NCBI GenBank assembly: GCA_963813025.1
Contig: CAWEXO010000013.1
Location: 128,001-192,000, forward strand
DNA from: an uncultured Verrucomicrobiae bacterium
GTDB taxonomy: Bacteria; Verrucomicrobiota; Verrucomicrobiia; Chthoniobacterales; JAFAMB01
Reading direction: 5' to 3'
Length of the DNA stretch: 64,000 nucleotides
A program made the position numbers and the translations under genes. Under the pieces are notes generated by a model. The model ran no database searches. It worked only from the letters and a program-made list of their open reading frames with translations, and was not told the origin of the DNA. This document shows, one piece after another, positions 32,083 to 41,292 of the stretch (its first letter is position 1; every line of letters starts with the position of its first letter).

Positions 32083-33560
32083 GTGGCGTATTCCGCTCTG
32101 GAAGATTTTGTTCGAAAGCTCGAGCTCTCTGGCGAGTTGTTGCGGATCACTGAGCCGGTGGCAACCGAGCTGGAAATAACGGAGTTTGCCGATCGTCAAA
32201 TGAAGTCGCCGGGCGGCGGCAAGGCGCTGATTTTCGAACGACCCACGATCAAGGGAGTTCCGTCGAGATTTCCCGTGGCGATCAACTTGATGGGCTCCGC
32301 AAAGCGGATGGCCCTCGCTTTGGGAGTTGCTTCAATCGAAGACTTAGCTCATCAGCTTCAGCTCATTTTGAAAGCGAAGCCGCCTGCTTCTGTCGGCGAA
32401 GGTTGGGCGTTGTTGAAGCAGGGAATCGATTTGCTGCACGCGCGACCGCGGAAAGTGCGAACCGGTCCGTGTCAGGAAGTGGTTCACTTAATGAATCGCG
32501 AGCCGAGTCTCACGTTGGACGATCTCCCGATCCTGCAATGCTGGCCGAAAGATGGCGGGACGATTTATCACTCTGCCGATGCGTTTACACCGTGGACCCC
32601 GACTCCGGCCAGCGGAACGTCGGCATGTATCGGATGCAGGTTTTCGATGGCCAGACTACGGGCATGCATTGGCAGGTTCATAAAGTCGGCGCGCGGCATG
32701 GCAAGAGTTATTACGAAAAAACCTGCCGCATGCCGGTGGCGGTCTGTCTAGGGGGCGATCCCGCTTACACGCTTCGCGGCCACGGCTCCGTTGCCGGATG
32801 GGCTGGATGAAATCCTCTTTGCCGGCTTTGTGCGCAAAAAATCAGTCGAGCTGGTGAAATGCGAAACCGTTGATCTTGAGGTGCCGGCCGATGTTGATTT
32901 CGTCTTCGAGGGATATGTTCAGCCTGGTGAACTGAGAGACGAGGGACCGTTCGGTGATCACACCGGCTATTACACTCCGATCGACCAGTATCCGGTCTTC
33001 CATCTCACGGCGATCACGCATCGGCGCGAGGCGATCTATCCGGCGACGATCGTGGGGATTCCTCCGATGGAGGATTTTTACATTGGCGGTGCCAGCGTCC
33101 GAATATTCCTGCCGGTTTTTCGAGATGAATTTTCCGGAGATCGTCGACATGGCTCTGCCGGCTGAAGGCGTTTTCCATAACTTGGTTTTTGTGAGTATTC
33201 GAAAACAGTATCCGTATCAGGCGTTCAAGGTTATGCATGGCCTCTGGGGCATGGGGCAGATGATGTTTTCCAAATACATCGTCGTCGTGGACGAGGATTG
33301 TGACGTGCATAACACGAGCGAGGTGCTCTTTCCGCTGGTGTGCCAATACCGATCCGCAGAGGGACACCAGCCTGATCAAAAATCCGTCCGATAGCCTCGA
33401 TCATGCGCCCTCAGTTCCTAACCTTGGCTCGCACCTGGGATTCGACGCCACCCGGAAACTACCGGGTGAAGGATATCATCGATCGTGGCCTGAACTGGTC
33501 AGGATGGATCCGGCGGTGAAGGAGAGAGTAAGCGAGATGCTGAAGCATTCTTCCCGGTAA
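32083..33560 (+). pseudogene. ubiD: UbiD-family (menaquinone-biosynthesis type) decarboxylase, about four frameshifts
   Basis: CWPKDGG, RNVGMYRMQ, EGPFGDHTGYY, GLWGMGQMMFSK, LDHA...GFDATRK in five successive frames. Confidence 0.85.
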
Positions 33561-33602
33561 ACCAGGCGTTTCGCGGGGCGATTGGGAAATCGGACACGCC
33601 GA

Positions 33603-34682
33603 TCAGGTCCGTTCCAAAATAGCCACAGCCTCGATCTCCGCGGTCTGCGGAAACATGTCAAAAGGCTGTATCTCCCGCATCGCATAGCGCGATTGCAAAC
33701 TTTTCAAATCCCGGGCCAACACCGGCGGGTTACAGGACACATAGATGACCCGTGGTGGCGGGTGATCGTTGATTGTCCGAAGGATCTGCGGATTCAGGCC
33801 GGCGCGCGGGGGATCAAGGATCAGAGTGCCGGGTTGGTTACGGCGGAGCGCTCCTGGCAGGGCTTTATTGACGTCGGCACATAGATAGCCTTCGTTGAGC
33901 CCGGCCATGCGGTGAGCACGCTCGACGGCCGGACGGTTCCATTCAATCCCGACGACCCGGTCGACATGTTTTGCCAACGCGTGGGCAAAAAAGCCGTCTC
34001 CCGAGAAGGCGTCAACGACGATTGGTCCGGTTGCCTGCGCGACGACGTAATCCCGAAGCAGTCCGGCTACTGCATCGTTCGTCTGGGAAAAGGTTCGCTG
34101 GGCCTTATGCTCGCGAAGAGTGTAGTGCTGCTGATCGCCGCGCGGCCCCCCCCTCTGCTCTGTCAGAAGTTCATTGACGGCGGGGCTGGCGATCGGGCAG
34201 GTCGCGATGTCGATAACGGAACGACTGTTGCGGGCAAACAAGCCAAGCGCGTTTTTGTCCGAATGCACGGTAATGCGGTTGCGATAGCCAAAAATCCGGG
34301 GGCTGGGAACTACTTGGGCGACTGGCGGATGGGAAATCCCGGCGATGCGCGTGATCAACTGCTCTACCTGCCGCTGCTTGATCTCCAGTTGATGCGGATA
34401 AGCGACGTGTTGGTAGTCACAGCCTCCGCACTCGCCAAAATATGGGCAACGCGGCTCTTGCCGATGGGGAGACACCTCCGAGACCGCGCACAGCACGCCC
34501 CGGCTCAGAGTTCGGCGATCCTCTATAAGGCGAACAGTCACCAACTCGCCCACAATGGTAAAGGGGACAAAAACGACCTTTCCGTCTCGCCGTCCGACAC
34601 CGGCGCCGCCAAAAGCAACTTCCTCAATCCGGAGCGGAAACGTTTCCGTTTCCGGTTTCACGTTTCCGGTTTTACGTGTCAT
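33603..34682 (-). CDS. TrmA/RlmD-family RNA (uracil-5) methyltransferase with TRAM domain
   Basis: CPYFGECGGCDYQH, GYRNR, FSQTN, LDPPRAG, YVSCNP, DMFPQT.EIE; start may be GTG 34661. Confidence 0.9.
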   Translation of the reverse strand: MTRKTGNVKPETETFPLRIEEVAFGGAGVGRRDGKVVFVPFTIVGELVTVRLIEDRRTLSRGVLCAVSEVSPHRQEPRCPYFGECGGCDYQHVAYPHQLEIKQRQVEQLITRIAGISHPPVAQVVPSPRIFGYRNRITVHSDKNALGLFARNSRSVIDIATCPIASPAVNELLTEQRGGPRGDQQHYTLREHKAQRTFSQTNDAVAGLLRDYVVAQATGPIVVDAFSGDGFFAHALAKHVDRVVGIEWNRPAVERAHRMAGLNEGYLCADVNKALPGALRRNQPGTLILDPPRAGLNPQILRTINDHPPPRVIYVSCNPPVLARDLKSLQSRYAMREIQPFDMFPQTAEIEAVAILERT

Positions 34683-34785
34683 GTTTTACCTCTCGCGTTT
34701 CCGGTTTCGTTTGGCGCCCCCGCCAAACGCGACACCAGATACCTGACACCTGAAACACGAAACGTGAAACACGAAAACGCGAAAC
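34641..34785. repeat. Inverted pair of degenerate GTTTC/GAAAC heptamer tracts around a central hairpin
   Basis: CGTTTGGCG-CCCC-CGCCAAACG at 34708-34729, flanked by GTTTCNN and NNGAAAC repeats. Confidence 0.8.
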
Positions 34786-34795
34786 CCCTAATGCT

Positions 34796-36568
34796 ATGAG
34801 CGAATTGAGTTTTGGCGCCGTCAACACGGAGAACGCGGCAGTCAGGCAGTGGGTGGCGGAGATGGCCGCGCTTTGCCAGCCCGATAGCGTATTCTGGTGC
34901 GATGGGTCCCCAGCGGAGACGGAAATGTTGCTCGCGCGTGCCGTCGACCAAGGCGTCTTGCTACAGCTCGATCCGCAAAAATGGCCCGGTTGCTATTATC
35001 ACCGATCCAAGTCAAACGATGTCGCGCGGGTCGAACAGTTGACTTTCATCTGTACGCCGTTGGCCGAAGAAGCTGGACCGACCAACAACTGGGCGCCGCC
35101 CAAAGAGATGTACGCGAAACTTTATGGACTGGCCCGTGAGTCTATGCGTGGCCGGACCATGTACGTCGTCCCCTATCTCATGGGGCCGCCAGGATCAGAC
35201 CTGGCGAGGGTTGGTCTGGAGCTGACGGATTCTCTTTACGTCGTGCATAGCATGAGGGTGATGACCCGCATGGGCCGCACCGCTCTCGCGCAGATCGGCG
35301 CTGACGGCGATTTCAATCGCGGTTTGCACTGCACGCTCGACGTCCATCCCGAACGCCGGTTTATCGCTCATTTTCCCCGGGACAACGTCATCATATCGGT
35401 CGGCTCGAACTATGGAGGAAACGCCTTGCTCGGGAAAAAATGCCTGAGTCTGCGTATCGGTTCGTACCTGGGCAGAAGGGAACGCTGGATGGCCGAGCAC
35501 ATGCTCATTCTTGGGGTCGAAGACCCGAATGGCGAAAAGACATATGTCGCCGGTGCTTTTCCGAGCGCTTGCGGAAAGACAAACTTTGCCATGCTCGTTC
35601 CGCCAAAGCACTTCGCCGGCTGGAAGGTAACCACCGTGGGCGACGATATTGCCTGGATGAAACCCGGTCCGGATGGACGCCTTTGGGCCATCAATCCCGA
35701 GGTCGGCTATTTCGGGGTTGTCCCGGGCACAAATTACCGATCCAACCCGAACGCCATGGAGTCCATGAAAAAGGACACGATCTTTACCAACGTGGCCCTG
35801 ACGCCGGACGGTGACGTGTGGTGGGAAGGAAAAGACAACCCGCCTCCGCCCTCACTGCTCGATTGGAAAGGAAACCCGTGGCGTCCTGATACAGGAAGTC
35901 CGGCCGCTCATCCGAATAGCCGGTTCTGTGCTCCAATGACCAACAACCCCGCACTCGACTCCGCTGCCGAAGACCCTCGCGGAGTGCCCATCAGTGGAAT
36001 CATCTTTGGCGGCCGGAGAGCGACGACCATGCCGCTCGTCTATCAGGCTTTCAACTGGATCCACGGCGTTTTCGTGGGTGCGACCATGGCTTCGGAAACA
36101 ACGGCGGCTGCGACGGGAGCAGTCGGCGAGGTTCGACGCGATCCCATGGCGATGCTTCCTTTTTGCGGGTACAATATGGGCGAATATTTCGGACATTGGC
36201 TCAAGATGCGCAAGGTCATCCGACGACCACCAAAGATTTTCCATGTAAATTGGTTCCGGAGGGGGAGAGACGGCCAGTATCTCTGGCCTGGATTTGGGGA
36301 AAATATGCGGGTGCTTAAATGGATCGTGGACCGTTGTCGCGGGCGCGTTGGAGCGGACGAAACGCCGATCGGGTGGATGCCCACCCCGGAAAATATCGAC
36401 GTTGAGGGCTTGGATTATGGTCGGGAGAAGCTTGCGGAGTCGCTCACGATCGATGTGGAAGAGTGGAAAAAGGAGGTGATGGCGCAGGATGATCTGTTCA
36501 TCAGGCTGCATAGCGATTTTCCGGTTGAGCTGTTTTTTCAACGTGAACTGCTGATCGCGCGTCTTTAG
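34796..36568 (+). CDS. pckG: Phosphoenolpyruvate carboxykinase (GTP)
   Basis: DVARVE, YGGNALLGKKC, WMAEHM, AFPSACGKTN, VGDDIAW, HPNSRF. Confidence 0.97.
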   Translation: MSELSFGAVNTENAAVRQWVAEMAALCQPDSVFWCDGSPAETEMLLARAVDQGVLLQLDPQKWPGCYYHRSKSNDVARVEQLTFICTPLAEEAGPTNNWAPPKEMYAKLYGLARESMRGRTMYVVPYLMGPPGSDLARVGLELTDSLYVVHSMRVMTRMGRTALAQIGADGDFNRGLHCTLDVHPERRFIAHFPRDNVIISVGSNYGGNALLGKKCLSLRIGSYLGRRERWMAEHMLILGVEDPNGEKTYVAGAFPSACGKTNFAMLVPPKHFAGWKVTTVGDDIAWMKPGPDGRLWAINPEVGYFGVVPGTNYRSNPNAMESMKKDTIFTNVALTPDGDVWWEGKDNPPPPSLLDWKGNPWRPDTGSPAAHPNSRFCAPMTNNPALDSAAEDPRGVPISGIIFGGRRATTMPLVYQAFNWIHGVFVGATMASETTAAATGAVGEVRRDPMAMLPFCGYNMGEYFGHWLKMRKVIRRPPKIFHVNWFRRGRDGQYLWPGFGENMRVLKWIVDRCRGRVGADETPIGWMPTPENIDVEGLDYGREKLAESLTIDVEEWKKEVMAQDDLFIRLHSDFPVELFFQRELLIARL

Positions 36569-36658
36569 CCTGCATCGTTTCGCAAATCCTGAGGGATTGC
36601 CAAAGGATGCAGGCTTTGACGGCAGATAGGCGTTGTGCGAAACGGAGGGGTCAACGAT

Positions 36659-37090
36659 ATGAGCGAAACTACCCTTGTAATATTCAAGCCGGACTGTCTG
36701 GCCGAGCGTCACTGTGGCGAAGTGCTCCAGCGCTTCGAACGCGCCGGTTTGGAAATAGTCGGTTGCAAAATGATACTCCTGACCGGCGAGCTTCTCGACC
36801 GGCATTATGCGCATATCGCGGATCAGCCCTTTTATCCGAACGTAAGGACTTTCATGCAGACCAGCCCGGTGATCGTCATGGCCCTGGCCGGAGAAAACGC
36901 GGTTGCCCGGCTCCGCGAACTGATGGGACCGACTGACTCGCGAAAAGCGGCGCCCGGAACCATTCGAGGCGATTTCGGGAAGGATGTCATGCTCAACGTC
37001 GTCCATGGATCCGATAGCCTGGAGAACGCCGCGTTGGAATTGGCGCGCTTTTTCTCCGCAGATGAACTGTTCGGCTTTGCGGTGCGCTAG
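36659..37090 (+). CDS. ndk: Nucleoside diphosphate kinase
   Basis: TLVIFKPD, PGTIRGDFG, NVVHGSDS. Confidence 0.97.
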   Translation: MSETTLVIFKPDCLAERHCGEVLQRFERAGLEIVGCKMILLTGELLDRHYAHIADQPFYPNVRTFMQTSPVIVMALAGENAVARLRELMGPTDSRKAAPGTIRGDFGKDVMLNVVHGSDSLENAALELARFFSADELFGFAVR

Positions 37091-37101
37091 CACGCCCGGC
37101 A

Positions 37102-38361
37102 ATGCCCGCTTTCCTGGCTCCGTTCGCCAACCGGAACTATCGTCTTTATTTCAGCGGACAGCTCATCAGCCTGATCGGCACATTTGTGACGTTCACGGCT
37201 TTGTCCTGGGTGGTGTACGCGCTGACGAAGTCGCCTTTGATGCTCGGCCTTTTCGGTCTGGCGGGGCAAATTCCGTCTCTGCTCGCGGCGCCGATCGCTG
37301 GGGTATGGGTAGACCGGCTCGATCGCAAGCGGTTGTTGTTGATTACCCAGACGCTATCGCTTTTTCAGAGCGTCGGGCTGGCAATCCTTGCCTTCAGTCA
37401 CGCTTTGAATTTCTGGCTAGTGCTCCTCCTGTCCGCGTTTCAGGGACTGGTCACTGCTTTTGATCTCCCGGCGCGACAGGCAATGATCGGCCAGATCGCG
37501 GAAACAAGAGAAGATCTGCCGGCGGTGATCGGTATGAACTCGACGATGTTCAACCTCGGCCGGATGATCGGGCCGCCCCTCGGGGGAATCATCTTGTCGG
37601 TCTTTGGGGTCGGCGCCTGTTTTGCGATCGATGCTGTGAGCTACCTGGCTGTTCTTGCCGCCATTCTCGGGATGCGATTGCGCCCCAACCCGGGTACCCG
37701 TGGAGCGCCGCGGCCGGTGTTGGAGGACTTGAAAGCCGGCTTGGTCTACGCGTTGCGCAATCATACGATCCGTACACTGATGGTGCTGCTCTGCTGGATA
37801 AGCGTGTTTGGCATCTCGTTTGGAGTGATGAATCCGGCCTTCGCCCGCGATGTTTTTCACGGCGATGCGCATGTCCTTGGCTGGCTAATGGGGGCGTCCG
37901 CCTTGGGCGCGATCTGCGGGGCGCTCCGGACGGCTGCAAGAGTTGGCATCGCACGCCTCGTCCGCGGAATGGTGCTTGGAGCGACTCTTCTCTCAGTCGG
38001 GATGATCGCTTACGCGAACAGCCGATCCCTGCCGCTTGCTCTCCTGAGCTTGTTCATCTGTGGGATAGGTGGAGTTACCTTTGTGACCTCCTCGAACGCT
38101 CTCATCCAAAACGTGGTCGAGGAGAGCAAACGCGGTCGTGTCATGAGCTGGTACCTGCTGTGTTTTCAAGGTGGCTTTCCCCTGGGCGGACTCATTATTG
38201 GAGCGATTGCCCAACGGATCGGGATCAGTCATGCCGTATTCGTTTGGGGCCTCTTGACAGGAGGTGCCGTTCTCTATTTATGGGCCAATCAACAACGTCT
38301 CCGTGCGCGATCGACCGAGCTTGTGCTCGGGCACCGCTATGGCGAACTTCGAGAAATATGA
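37102..38361 (+). CDS. MFS transporter
   Basis: RNYRLYFSGQLIS, GVWVDRLDRKR, D.PARQA, RGRVMS. Confidence 0.9.
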   Translation: MPAFLAPFANRNYRLYFSGQLISLIGTFVTFTALSWVVYALTKSPLMLGLFGLAGQIPSLLAAPIAGVWVDRLDRKRLLLITQTLSLFQSVGLAILAFSHALNFWLVLLLSAFQGLVTAFDLPARQAMIGQIAETREDLPAVIGMNSTMFNLGRMIGPPLGGIILSVFGVGACFAIDAVSYLAVLAAILGMRLRPNPGTRGAPRPVLEDLKAGLVYALRNHTIRTLMVLLCWISVFGISFGVMNPAFARDVFHGDAHVLGWLMGASALGAICGALRTAARVGIARLVRGMVLGATLLSVGMIAYANSRSLPLALLSLFICGIGGVTFVTSSNALIQNVVEESKRGRVMSWYLLCFQGGFPLGGLIIGAIAQRIGISHAVFVWGLLTGGAVLYLWANQQRLRARSTELVLGHRYGELREI

Positions 38362-39047
38362 ACCTGAAAGGACTGATCTTTGACTTCGACGGGCTGATTG
38401 TGGACACCGAGACCGCCGGCTTTTTGAGCTGGGGCGAGATCTACCGCCAGTATGGTCAAGAACTCCGGCTGGAGGACTGGACGCACGCAACTGGATACGT
38501 AGCAGGATTTGATCCGGCGGTTCATTTGGAAAAATTGGTTGGTCACTCGCTGGATTGGGCGGTGCTCGCTCCCAAACGAGAAAATCGAAACTGGGAACTA
38601 ACTCTCCAGGCGAAAACGCTCCCCGGAATCGAAGCATTGATGGTACAGGCTAAAGCGGCCCATTTGGGTGTCGGTGTTGCCAGCAATTCCGGTGGAAGCT
38701 GGGTGTGGGATGGACTCCGGCGGCTTGGCCTCGATGGATATATCGATACGATTGTCACCCGAGACATGGTGCTCAATCCCAAACCAGCCCCAGACATCTA
38801 CCTGAAAACGGCCCAGGATCTGCGGGTGGATCCGGCTGCCACCGTCGCTCTGGAAGATTCCGAACCAGGCGCACGCGCGGCCAAGGCAGCGGGTATGACC
38901 GTGGTGGTCATCCCAAACCAATTCAGCGAACGCCAGAATCTTTCCGTGGCCGACCTCATTGTTAAAAGCGCGCGAGAAGTCGATCTGGCCCGGCTGGATG
39001 AGCTGGTCGAAAAGTCACGCACCGTTGCTTCGGGGAAAGAGGGCTAG
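38358..39047 (+). CDS. HAD-superfamily phosphatase
   Basis: FDFDGLIVDTE, KPAPDIY, EDS..G..AA.AAGM. Confidence 0.92.
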   Translation: MNLKGLIFDFDGLIVDTETAGFLSWGEIYRQYGQELRLEDWTHATGYVAGFDPAVHLEKLVGHSLDWAVLAPKRENRNWELTLQAKTLPGIEALMVQAKAAHLGVGVASNSGGSWVWDGLRRLGLDGYIDTIVTRDMVLNPKPAPDIYLKTAQDLRVDPAATVALEDSEPGARAAKAAGMTVVVIPNQFSERQNLSVADLIVKSAREVDLARLDELVEKSRTVASGKEG

Positions 39048-39049
39048 GA

Positions 39050-39314
39050 ATTTAGGACTTGTAGGAGGTCAGGGGTCGGGAATCGAGAGTATGCGGCAAT
39101 CGACCGATGGGTCGGAGGAGGTCAGGGTCTGTCTCGCAACCTGTTTTGGGCGGTGCGCCAGTAGGGCGATGCGCCTTGGCGGATGAGGCCAGGCGAGAAG
39201 TTGTTTGAGCCGGACGGTACGGCAGTCCATAACGCCTGACTTCTGACTTCTGACTCCTGACTCCTGACTCCCGACTCCTGACTCCCGAGTTCCCGCTCCT
39301 GCAACTCCTGAACT
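39050..39314. repeat. Inverted heptamer tracts (GGAGTCA-like / CTGACTY) enclosing a half copy of the GGTAGGGCG palindromic element
   Basis: (CTGACTY)n at 39236-39290; CTGTCTCGCAAC at 39129-39140; GCGAGAAGTTGTTTGAGCCGG at 39193-39213. Confidence 0.8.
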
Positions 39315-39435
39315 TGTGGCATTTATCCACTTGTGGCATTGGTGGCATTCCTTCGCTGAGACTCTGTCGCCAGCGAAATCAGAAGATGAAAGTTGTCCCC
39401 GCAAACGTCACAGTACGGCTCAGTCCCGGTTGTCT

Positions 39436-40752
39436 ATGAAGATCCCAGAACTTCGCGGAATCCTGCAGTACGTCACGCGATTTCGAGGCAAGATCTTCGT
39501 CATCGCCATTGATGGCGAGGTCCTGGCTTCGGAAAATTTCTCGAACCTTCTTTTGGATATCGCCGTTTTGCGTTCTCTCAATATCAAAACGGTTCTAGTG
39601 CACGGTGCGGGTATCCAAATCGCGCAAACGGCCGAGCGACATGGAATCGCGGTTTCGAACGCGGACGGGAGCGGAGTAGTCGACGAGCAAACTCTTGAAC
39701 TGTCGATCAGCGTCGCCATCCGGCTGACCAACGAAGTGATGGAGGGACTCACCCAGGTCGATCTGCGGGCCGCTTACGCCAACTGCATCATCGCTCATCC
39801 GACCGGGATTCTGCACGGGGTTGACTACCAGTTTTCTGGCAAAGTCGAAAAGATCGATGTCAAATGTCTTGAACTCCTGCTCAATGAGCAAGTCATACCA
39901 GTTATTCCGCCGCTCGGTTTCGATGGGGAAGGAAGGACCTTCCGGGTAAATTCGGATCTGGTCGCATTGGAGGTGGGCGCGGCTCTACATGCCGAAAAGC
40001 TGATCTATCTCTCAACCTCCGATGGCGTGACGATCGATGGCCAGCGAGTGGGGCACCTCGTTGCGGCCGAGGTCGAAGAGATTCTACAAACCCGTCGATC
40101 CGAGCTCGGGGCAGGCCTGGCCTCGAAACTCGAACACGCAGTGCGCGCTTGCCGCTACGGAATACCCCGCGTGCACCTTCTCGATGGGCGGGTGAATGAA
40201 GCTTTGCTGGCTGAAATTTTCAGTAATGGAGGGGTGGGCACCATGATCTACTCCAATGAATACGAACAGATTCGCCGTCTGTATAAACGGGATGTGCGGG
40301 CGGTGATGTCACTCATCCAAGAATCCGTGCGGAGCGAGGAACTCGTGCGGCGGACGCGCGCAGAGATTCTCGCTGATCTCGAACATTATTGGGTGCTCGA
40401 GATAGACCGTCACATCAGCGGGTGCGTCGCGATGTATCCCTATCCGGCAGAGGGTATGGCCGAATTGGCTTGTCTTCATGTAAGCCGCTCCAGTGAAAAT
40501 CAGGGTCTCGGCCGGAAATTGATCTCCTTCGTCGAGAACCAGGCGCGCCAGCAAGGCATCAGCAAGCTTTTTGCCTTGTCAACTCAGGCCTTCGTTTATC
40601 TTCAGCAAAAAGCTGGATTTGCGGAGGCCGGCCCGGAGGTGTTGCCGGCCAGCCGACGCCAGAAATACGAAGCTAGTGGACGGAACTCCAGGATCCTGAT
40701 CAAGGAATTGTCGGCTAAACCCGTTCCGGTTACCTTGGCGGCCTCGGTCTAG
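39436..40752 (+). CDS. argA: Amino-acid N-acetyltransferase (N-acetylglutamate synthase)
   Basis: AAK domain (LVHGAG, LLAEIFSNGGVGTMI) plus GNAT domain (ELACLHV, SGRNSR). Confidence 0.92.
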   Translation: MKIPELRGILQYVTRFRGKIFVIAIDGEVLASENFSNLLLDIAVLRSLNIKTVLVHGAGIQIAQTAERHGIAVSNADGSGVVDEQTLELSISVAIRLTNEVMEGLTQVDLRAAYANCIIAHPTGILHGVDYQFSGKVEKIDVKCLELLLNEQVIPVIPPLGFDGEGRTFRVNSDLVALEVGAALHAEKLIYLSTSDGVTIDGQRVGHLVAAEVEEILQTRRSELGAGLASKLEHAVRACRYGIPRVHLLDGRVNEALLAEIFSNGGVGTMIYSNEYEQIRRLYKRDVRAVMSLIQESVRSEELVRRTRAEILADLEHYWVLEIDRHISGCVAMYPYPAEGMAELACLHVSRSSENQGLGRKLISFVENQARQQGISKLFALSTQAFVYLQQKAGFAEAGPEVLPASRRQKYEASGRNSRILIKELSAKPVPVTLAASV

Positions 40753-41061
40753 TGCACCGTCTCATATTTACCGATGATGTCGTTGCGTTCAAAATGGGCC
40801 GCCGGCAAGGCGGTCCGAGCCGGACTGGCAGTAGGAGGGAGCATATCTGAAGCGATACGTAACCGACGAGCAACGCAGCCGCCGGCCCATTTTCAACGCA
40901 ACCCTCTGGGCCGCGGCCAGTTGGCTGTTTTTCCGCGTTGCTCGCTCGACCCGTATGAATCCAGATATGGGCGCTTTACCGCCAGTCCGGCTCGGACCGC
41001 CTTGAAAAACAGCCAACTGACCTGCGGCGACGTCATCATTATATGTGAGACGGTGCACTAG
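40749..41061. mobile_element. MITE with 16-bp terminal inverted repeat including CTAG ends
   Basis: CTAGTGCACCGTCTCA ... TGAGACGGTGCACTAG; no credible ORF; several long internal inverted repeats. Confidence 0.85.
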
Positions 41062-41154
41062 ACGAATGATATCCACAGTGACCTTTTGCCGCAACTGCCG
41101 TGCGACCTCGCCTAAGCCGCTCGACCTGCATGCGCGGCTCGAAATCCGGACGAG

Positions 41155-41266
41155 GCTGTCCGCCTTCGTGCCCGCATCGCGGCACTACGGCGCCACAAGT
41201 TCCGCGCTACGCCAGCCGCTCCCTCCTTCGCCCTCGCTTCGCTCGGAACTACGGCGGGCAGGCAGG
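41155..41266 (+). repeat. Two copies of a CCTTCG-hairpin-CTACGGCG small repeat
   Basis: CCGCCTTCGTGCCCGCATCGCGGCACTACGGCG and CCTCCTTCGCCCTCGCTTCGCTCGGAACTACGGCG; third copy CCACCTCCGTAAAGCTACGGCG near 61939-61960. Confidence 0.6.
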
Positions 41267-41292
41267 CCGCTCAAGCCACTCAAACCGCTCCC

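Noticed and set aside
35852..37102. 416-aa minus-strand ORF
   Set aside because: Antisense shadow of pckG/ndk with no protein motifs
40774..41094. 95-101-aa ORFs across the MITE
   Set aside because: No homology cues; by-products of a GC-rich palindromic element
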